From NCBI GenBank assembly GCA_031411295.1, contig JANOAV010000123.1, forward strand, positions 16,086 through 80,085: a stretch of 64,000 nucleotides of DNA, in the 5' to 3' direction. The stretch is from Verrucomicrobiales bacterium. GTDB taxonomy: Bacteria; Verrucomicrobiota; Verrucomicrobiia; Verrucomicrobiales; V1-33. A program made the translations under genes and the position numbers. Positions 58,525 to 64,000 of the stretch are shown in pieces; positions within the stretch are counted from its first letter, which is position 1; each line of letters opens with the position of its first letter. Under the pieces are notes generated by a model. It saw only the letters and a list, made by a program, of their open reading frames with translations, did no database searches and was not told where the DNA came from.

Positions 58525-61085
58525 ATAGAAGCGACCACCAACTTAATCCCGCCACGCCCGTAGAGGGCGACGTAAGGAGACCAGCATCCCGCAAAGCCAG
58601 TCACACTTGGCAAGGCCGGGGTCTCGTTACCTCGCCCTCTACAGGCTTTTTCCTACTCCAGATACTGCTTAGTTTGCTATGCTTCGCCTCTGCGCAGGAG
58701 GGCATCGTTTCTATCACAGCCGAGCCCGCCCAGTTGACTGTGCAGCAAGGTCAACGGGCGTCGTTTCTAATTACGGCAAAAGGCGCAAATGGATTTGAAA
58801 CAGACGTCACTCACCAAGCCGTCATCGCCCTGAGTGCAGCTGACAAAGCCACGCTGGAAGCACCAGGAATCCTCCGGGGTAAACTTGCGGGAGCTTGTGT
58901 CATCAAGGCCAGCGCGGGCGGACAGCAATTGGACTTTACAGTCACGATCACTCCCCCCAGCATCGCTCCGCCAACGTTTCTGCGCGAGGTCTTACCAGTT
59001 CTTGGCAAGGCGGGTTGCAATGCCGGGGCGTGTCATGCCAAGGCGGATGGACAGAATGGATTCAAGCTCAGCGTCTTTTCCTTCGATGCCAAAGCGGACT
59101 ATCATAACATCGTCTGGGGCGCGCGCGGTCGTCGTGTCTTTCCTTCCGCACCTGAAGAAAGTTTACTGCTGCTGAAAGCCACGCAAACCTTGCCGCACGA
59201 AGGCGGGCAGCGTTTCGAGCGCGACTCTGATTTCGCGCACACCCTGGAGCAATGGATCGCATCTGGCATGATCTATCGGGCGGAAAATGAACCCAGCCTG
59301 ACCAAAGTGGAAGTCCTGCCACACCAACGTCGCTATCACAAAGGCGCAACCCAGCGTTTGCTAGTGCAGGCGCATTTTTCGGATGGTTCCATGCTCGACG
59401 TCACGGATCTGGCGTCGTTTGCTTCCAACGATAAACAGATCGTCACGGTGACGGACGATGGCAAACTCACGGTGGACCATCTCAGCGGCCAGGCCGTGGT
59501 CGTGGCCCGCTACATGGGCCTGGTGGGGGATTCGGCGGTCATCGTGCCGGCGGATCAATTACTGGCAGAGGAGAAATATCATCCGTTGCCAGTGGCCAAT
59601 TTTATCGATGAATTGGCTTACGCCCGGTTCCGTCAGTTGGGTCTGTTTCCTTCTGCAACTTGCACTGACAGTGAGTTTCTCCGGCGGACCTCCTTGGATA
59701 CGCTGGGCATTTTGCCGACTCCCGACGAAGCGCGCAGTTTCCTGGCGGATGCTGATCCCCAGAAGCGCAGCAAGGCGGTGGATCGCTTGCTGCAACATTC
59801 GGCTTATGCCGATCACTGGGCGGCCAAGTGGGCGGACTTGCTGCGGCCCAATCCCGACCGAGTGGGCGTGAAGGGCGTGCTGCTGCTGGACCACTGTCTG
59901 CGCGAAAGTTTCCGCAAGAATCAGCCTTACGATGAATTTGTGAGGGAAATTTTACTAACGCAGGGGAACACGCATCAATTCGGCCCGGCGGTGATCTATC
60001 GGGATCGACGGGAACCCGCGGAACTTACCACCATGTTCAGCCAACTGTTCCTCGGCACCCGCTTGGAATGCGCCAAGTGCCACCATCATCCTAATGAGAA
60101 ATGGAGTCAGGAAAATTTCTATCAGATGGCGGCTTATTTTGCTCCCTTGAAACAAAAGGGAGGTGGCATTTCCGCGCCCATCTCCGGTGGTAACGAAACG
60201 TTCTTTGTGCTGGCAGGAGGCGCGCTGAAACACCCGGTCACTGGCGAAGTCATGAAACCACAGCCTCCGGATGGACCGCCCGCCGTGGTGCCGGAGAAAT
60301 CTGACCCACGACGCGCCTTGGCTGATTGGATGCTGGATCCTGCCAATCCATTGTTTGCCAAGGCGCTGGTGAATCGCGTGTGGAGTCAGTATTTCGGGAA
60401 AGGCATCGTGGACCCGGTCGATGATTTCCGACTCTCCAATCCGCCCAGCAATCCTGCTCTGCTGGACGCACTGGCGCAGGAGTTCGTGCGTTCCAAGTAT
60501 GATCTCAAGGCGCTGATGCGCACGATTCTGAACTCGCATCTGTATCAGTTGAGTTGCGAGCCCAACGAGACGAACCAGGCGGATACGCGCAACTTCTCAC
60601 GGGCCTATCGACGGAGGATGGCCGCGGAAATGATGGCGGATGCGATGGATGATATCACGGGTGTGCCGACGAAATATCCCGGCATGCCCGTTGGCAGCAG
60701 AGCGGTGCAAGCATGGACCTACAAGATTGAATCCCGCACCATGGATGCCTTCGGTCGCCCGAACTCCAGTAGCGATTGCCCGTGCGAACGGAACCTGAAG
60801 CCCTCAATCGGACAGTCGCTGCATTTGATGAATTCGGAAATGCTCCAGCAAAAACTGGCCAGCAAGGAACCCTCCTCGCGCTTGCAAGCGCTGGCCGCAG
60901 GCACTGCTGCGCCTCGCGAGATCGTCCATGAACTTTACCTCGCGTGCTACACCCGCCCGCCCACGGAGGAAGAGTTGACCGTGGCCACGGCAGCCTTTAC
61001 CGAGGATCCAGCCTCCCGCCGACCAGCCATTGAGGACCTCCTCTGGGCGCTGTTGAACTCCGCTGAATTTGTCTTTAATCACTAA
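58521..61085 (+). CDS. DUF1549/DUF1553 (PSD1-type) protein with Ig-like domains and heme-binding motifs
   Basis: GCNAGACH, FLRRTSLD..GILPT, WADLL, CAKCHHHP, VNRVW..YFGKG, FGRP...CPCER, WALLNSAEFVFNH. Confidence 0.92.
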   Translation: MNRSDHQLNPATPVEGDVRRPASRKASHTWQGRGLVTSPSTGFFLLQILLSLLCFASAQEGIVSITAEPAQLTVQQGQRASFLITAKGANGFETDVTHQAVIALSAADKATLEAPGILRGKLAGACVIKASAGGQQLDFTVTITPPSIAPPTFLREVLPVLGKAGCNAGACHAKADGQNGFKLSVFSFDAKADYHNIVWGARGRRVFPSAPEESLLLLKATQTLPHEGGQRFERDSDFAHTLEQWIASGMIYRAENEPSLTKVEVLPHQRRYHKGATQRLLVQAHFSDGSMLDVTDLASFASNDKQIVTVTDDGKLTVDHLSGQAVVVARYMGLVGDSAVIVPADQLLAEEKYHPLPVANFIDELAYARFRQLGLFPSATCTDSEFLRRTSLDTLGILPTPDEARSFLADADPQKRSKAVDRLLQHSAYADHWAAKWADLLRPNPDRVGVKGVLLLDHCLRESFRKNQPYDEFVREILLTQGNTHQFGPAVIYRDRREPAELTTMFSQLFLGTRLECAKCHHHPNEKWSQENFYQMAAYFAPLKQKGGGISAPISGGNETFFVLAGGALKHPVTGEVMKPQPPDGPPAVVPEKSDPRRALADWMLDPANPLFAKALVNRVWSQYFGKGIVDPVDDFRLSNPPSNPALLDALAQEFVRSKYDLKALMRTILNSHLYQLSCEPNETNQADTRNFSRAYRRRMAAEMMADAMDDITGVPTKYPGMPVGSRAVQAWTYKIESRTMDAFGRPNSSSDCPCERNLKPSIGQSLHLMNSEMLQQKLASKEPSSRLQALAAGTAAPREIVHELYLACYTRPPTEEELTVATAAFTEDPASRRPAIEDLLWALLNSAEFVFNH
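58560..58642. repeat. GTAG-type REP doublet inside the coding sequence
   Basis: GTAGAGGGCGACGTAAGGAGACC ... GGTCTCGTTACCTCGCCCTCTAC, arms 21/23 complementary. Confidence 0.85.
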
Positions 61086-61097
61086 CCAGTAAACTTT

Positions 61098-62423
61098 ATG
61101 GCCACACATCTCAACTGCGACGGAATGCTCAGGCGTGATTTTATTCAGCTGGGCCTGCGCGGCATTGCGGGCTATGGTCTGTGTGATCTCTTGCGGCTCA
61201 AGGCTCAGGCAGCCACGCCCACTAACGGCAAGCCGATCAATTGCATCATGATCTGGTTGGATGGCGGGCCCTCGCACTTTGAGACCTTTGATCCCAAGCC
61301 TGAGGCTCCGGCCGAGATTCGGGGCGTTTTCAAAACGGTGCCCACCAAAGTGCCCGGGGTGCATTTCAGCGAGCCCGTCACGCAGTTGGCTGGCGTGTTC
61401 GATAAATTTACCGTGGTCCGATCCATCTGCCACAAGGATCCCAATCACGGCGGGGGAAATCATTACATGATGACTGGGGCACCCACGCCGGTGCCCGTGG
61501 GTTGTGGTGCTTTCGTGACCTTTCATCCGTCCATGGGTTCCATGGTTTCCTATACGCGCGGCGTGCAGGGCGGCCTGCCGACCTACATGGCCATGCCCAG
61601 TAACACGCGATCAGGCGGGCCGAATTTCCTCGGCGGGCAACACGCTCCGTTCATTATTCCAGGAGGCCCTAACGCGGATTCTTTCCGCGTGAATGATGTG
61701 GTGCTGCCGAAAGATCTGGCGGAAGGTCGGGTGAAATCACGTCGCGATTTACGCACCGCGTTGGACCGCATGAAACGCTTCAATGATAAGCTGGTGGAGG
61801 ATCCTACGGTGGAGTTCGACCGGTTCTACGAGCAGGGATTCGATCTTGTTTCCTCCGCCAAAGCGCAGGAGGCCTTCGATATTCAGAAGGAAGACCCGAA
61901 GGTGCGCGAGCGCTATGGTCGCAACGACATGGGCCAGCGGTTCCTGCTGGCGCGACGTTTAGTGGAGGTGGGAGTGAGTTGGGTCACGGTGAACTGGGGT
62001 GGGTGGGATCACCATGGTGAAATCGAAAAGGCCTATAAAGGCGATGCGCTCAAGCAATTGGATCAAGGCGTGACGGCTTTGCTGAATGATTTATCGGAGC
62101 GTGGATTGTTGGAGACCACAATGGTGGTGCTGTTAGGTGAATTCGGCCGCACACCGAAAATCAACGAGAAAGGCGGTCGGGATCACTGGCCCGGTGCCAT
62201 GTCTGTGCTCATGGCTGGCGCTGGAATTCCCGGCGGTCAGATCGTGGGGGCGACGGATGCGCGTGGTTACTATGCATCAGAAAACGTGTATCGCCCGGAA
62301 GACTTTGCGGCCTCCATTTATACCAAGATGGGCATCGATCATACTCAGCACTTGGAAACCGTGGGCGGACGCCCTGTTCGGTTGGTAAACGACGGCCGAC
62401 TCATCAAGGAACTCTTCGTCTAG
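61098..62423 (+). CDS. DUF1501 protein with Tat signal
   Basis: RRDFIQLG; WLDGGPSHFETFDPKP, LARRLVEVGV, WDHH, GEFGRTP, GRDHW. Confidence 0.93.
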   Translation: MATHLNCDGMLRRDFIQLGLRGIAGYGLCDLLRLKAQAATPTNGKPINCIMIWLDGGPSHFETFDPKPEAPAEIRGVFKTVPTKVPGVHFSEPVTQLAGVFDKFTVVRSICHKDPNHGGGNHYMMTGAPTPVPVGCGAFVTFHPSMGSMVSYTRGVQGGLPTYMAMPSNTRSGGPNFLGGQHAPFIIPGGPNADSFRVNDVVLPKDLAEGRVKSRRDLRTALDRMKRFNDKLVEDPTVEFDRFYEQGFDLVSSAKAQEAFDIQKEDPKVRERYGRNDMGQRFLLARRLVEVGVSWVTVNWGGWDHHGEIEKAYKGDALKQLDQGVTALLNDLSERGLLETTMVVLLGEFGRTPKINEKGGRDHWPGAMSVLMAGAGIPGGQIVGATDARGYYASENVYRPEDFAASIYTKMGIDHTQHLETVGGRPVRLVNDGRLIKELFV

Positions 62424-62426
62424 CTG

Positions 62427-64000
62427 ATGCGTTTTGCCTACTTCATTGCTGTGTGCGCTGCGCTGCTTACGGCCTCCCAGGCGGAACTCACGCTGACGCA
62501 TCTGCATCCAGCGGGACTTCAGGTGGGCACAACGACGACTGTTAAACTCACGGGAAAGTTTGCCCCGTGGCCGTGTCAGGTCTGGGTGGATGCGCCTGGC
62601 ATCACGTTCGTGCCAGCGAAGGACGCAGGTAAATTTGAGGTTACGATCAACGCGGACGTTAAGCCCGGGCCGCACCTCTTCCGAGTCTTCGATGCGGATA
62701 CCGTTTCGGCTCCCATTTCACTGTATGTTGCCGCCACGTCACAGACGTTGGAAGTGGAACCAAATGATGATTTCCATGCTCCGCAAATTCTGTCAGGAAG
62801 CACGGCCACGATCAATGGTAAACTTGACAAGTCAGACGATGTGGATTCCTTCCAAGTCCCGCTGAAGCAAGGCCAAACGATGGTGACATGGGTGGAAGCG
62901 TATGTTCTGGCGGCAGGTTTCGACGCCATGTTGCGGGTGGTGGATAGTCGGGGCACTACGTTGGCATTCAATCATGACGGTCCTGCCACTATGGATCCGT
63001 TCCTGGTCTTCACGGCTCCGGCGGATGGAAACTACCTTCTGCAAACGATGGGGCAAAAGTATCCCGCGTCGTCGGATATTCATTTCGCAGGCGGAGTGGA
63101 TTGTGTTTACCGTCTGCACGTTTCCACGGAAGCTTACGTGCGCCATACGTGGCCGCTGGCGATTCAACATGGCAGGAAAACGATCGTGGACTTGGAAGGC
63201 TGGAACCTTACCAGTCCGGAGATGGAAATTGAAGAAGCCACCCCTCGATCATTTCCCGTGACCTTCAGCGATCTTCCGGAACTAACCGAAACCACCGAGC
63301 CGCAATCCCTCACCATCCCCTCCGCCATCAGCGGTCGCATCGATCCCGCTGGGGACGAAGATCAATTCACGTTCACCACCACCAAGGACACTGCGCTCGA
63401 ACTTGCCCTGAGTGATCCCAGCAACTCATCTTCGCTCGATGGTTGGCTGAAGATCCGCAATGCCGAAGGTAAAGAACTAGCCAGCAACGACGACTCTGGA
63501 GGCACGAACGATCCGAAAATCCTTTGGACTGCACCCGCTGATGGCACCTACACCGCTGTCGTGGGTGAAGTGACTCAGCGCGGCGGCAAAGACTTCATTT
63601 ACCGACTGCTACTCCAGCCAGCGATCCCCACCGTCACGGTCACCATAGCCGAGCACTCGGCAAAAATAGAAGCCGGAAAAACTGTAGAACTGAAAGTGAC
63701 CGTGACCCCAACCAAAGGATTCCAGCCGAAACTCAAACTCAGCGCCCAGCAACTTCCTAGGGGAATCACCGCCAACGAAGTGGACGTGCCGGAAAAAGGG
63801 GGCGCAGTCACGCTAACCCTGACTGCCGAACCAACCGCCCCAGCGGCAGCGCAGCCCTTCCAACTCAGCCTGCGCGAAGTAGAAAGCGGCAAGGAATACC
63901 CCGTGAAATTTGCCATGGTGACGACGTCGGAAAACAACGGTGTCCCGCAGGGGTATCAGCAATTGCTCATCAACGACACCACCCAACTCTGGCTCACCGT
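62427..64000 (+). CDS. Secreted pre-peptidase C-terminal (PPC) repeat protein, truncated by the window end
   Basis: Read by hand (absent from the ORF track): MRFAYFIAVCAALLTASQAELTLTHLHPAG..., EVEPND, DVDSF, ASNDDS motifs; appears open to the end. Confidence 0.85.
   Translation, partial: MRFAYFIAVCAALLTASQAELTLTHLHPAGLQVGTTTTVKLTGKFAPWPCQVWVDAPGITFVPAKDAGKFEVTINADVKPGPHLFRVFDADTVSAPISLYVAATSQTLEVEPNDDFHAPQILSGSTATINGKLDKSDDVDSFQVPLKQGQTMVTWVEAYVLAAGFDAMLRVVDSRGTTLAFNHDGPATMDPFLVFTAPADGNYLLQTMGQKYPASSDIHFAGGVDCVYRLHVSTEAYVRHTWPLAIQHGRKTIVDLEGWNLTSPEMEIEEATPRSFPVTFSDLPELTETTEPQSLTIPSAISGRIDPAGDEDQFTFTTTKDTALELALSDPSNSSSLDGWLKIRNAEGKELASNDDSGGTNDPKILWTAPADGTYTAVVGEVTQRGGKDFIYRLLLQPAIPTVTVTIAEHSAKIEAGKTVELKVTVTPTKGFQPKLKLSAQQLPRGITANEVDVPEKGGAVTLTLTAEPTAPAAAQPFQLSLREVESGKEYPVKFAMVTTSENNGVPQGYQQLLINDTTQLWLT

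Overview
Gene-dense, GC-rich bacterial chromosome segment, very likely from Verrucomicrobiota (inferred from a PTPDL-motif protein, the DUF1549/DUF1553-DUF1501-PPC cluster, an ECF sigma/Ser-Thr kinase pair and a verrucomicrobial-type C-terminal domain on a secreted protein). It holds about 53 CDS. Most are housekeeping: menF-menD-menH, pdxH, hpt, moaD, ispA, asd, rpmB, truA, rpmH-rnpA-yidD-yidC, rpsN, nagA, a lolC/E-like permease, pgk-tpiA, nuoA and mutS. I saw no rRNA, tRNA, CRISPR array or intact transposase. Best leads: (1) a VTC polyphosphate polymerase-DUF4956-HlyD locus with a large secreted CotH kinase 28 kb away, a candidate polyphosphate export/extracellular phosphorylation system; (2) a fused double-SIS MurQ/GKRP-like protein divergent from nagA; (3) a G-rich array with an exact 22-bp register beside an in-frame gene remnant after the nagA stop; (4) an uncharacterised 67-aa basic protein apparently co-transcribed with L28; (5) the heme/WD40-DUF1549/1553-DUF1501-PPC operon, one gene of which carries a translated REP doublet; (6) several REP families. 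All family assignments come from motif recognition by eye, not database searches. Several start codons were moved from the ORF track to more plausible positions.
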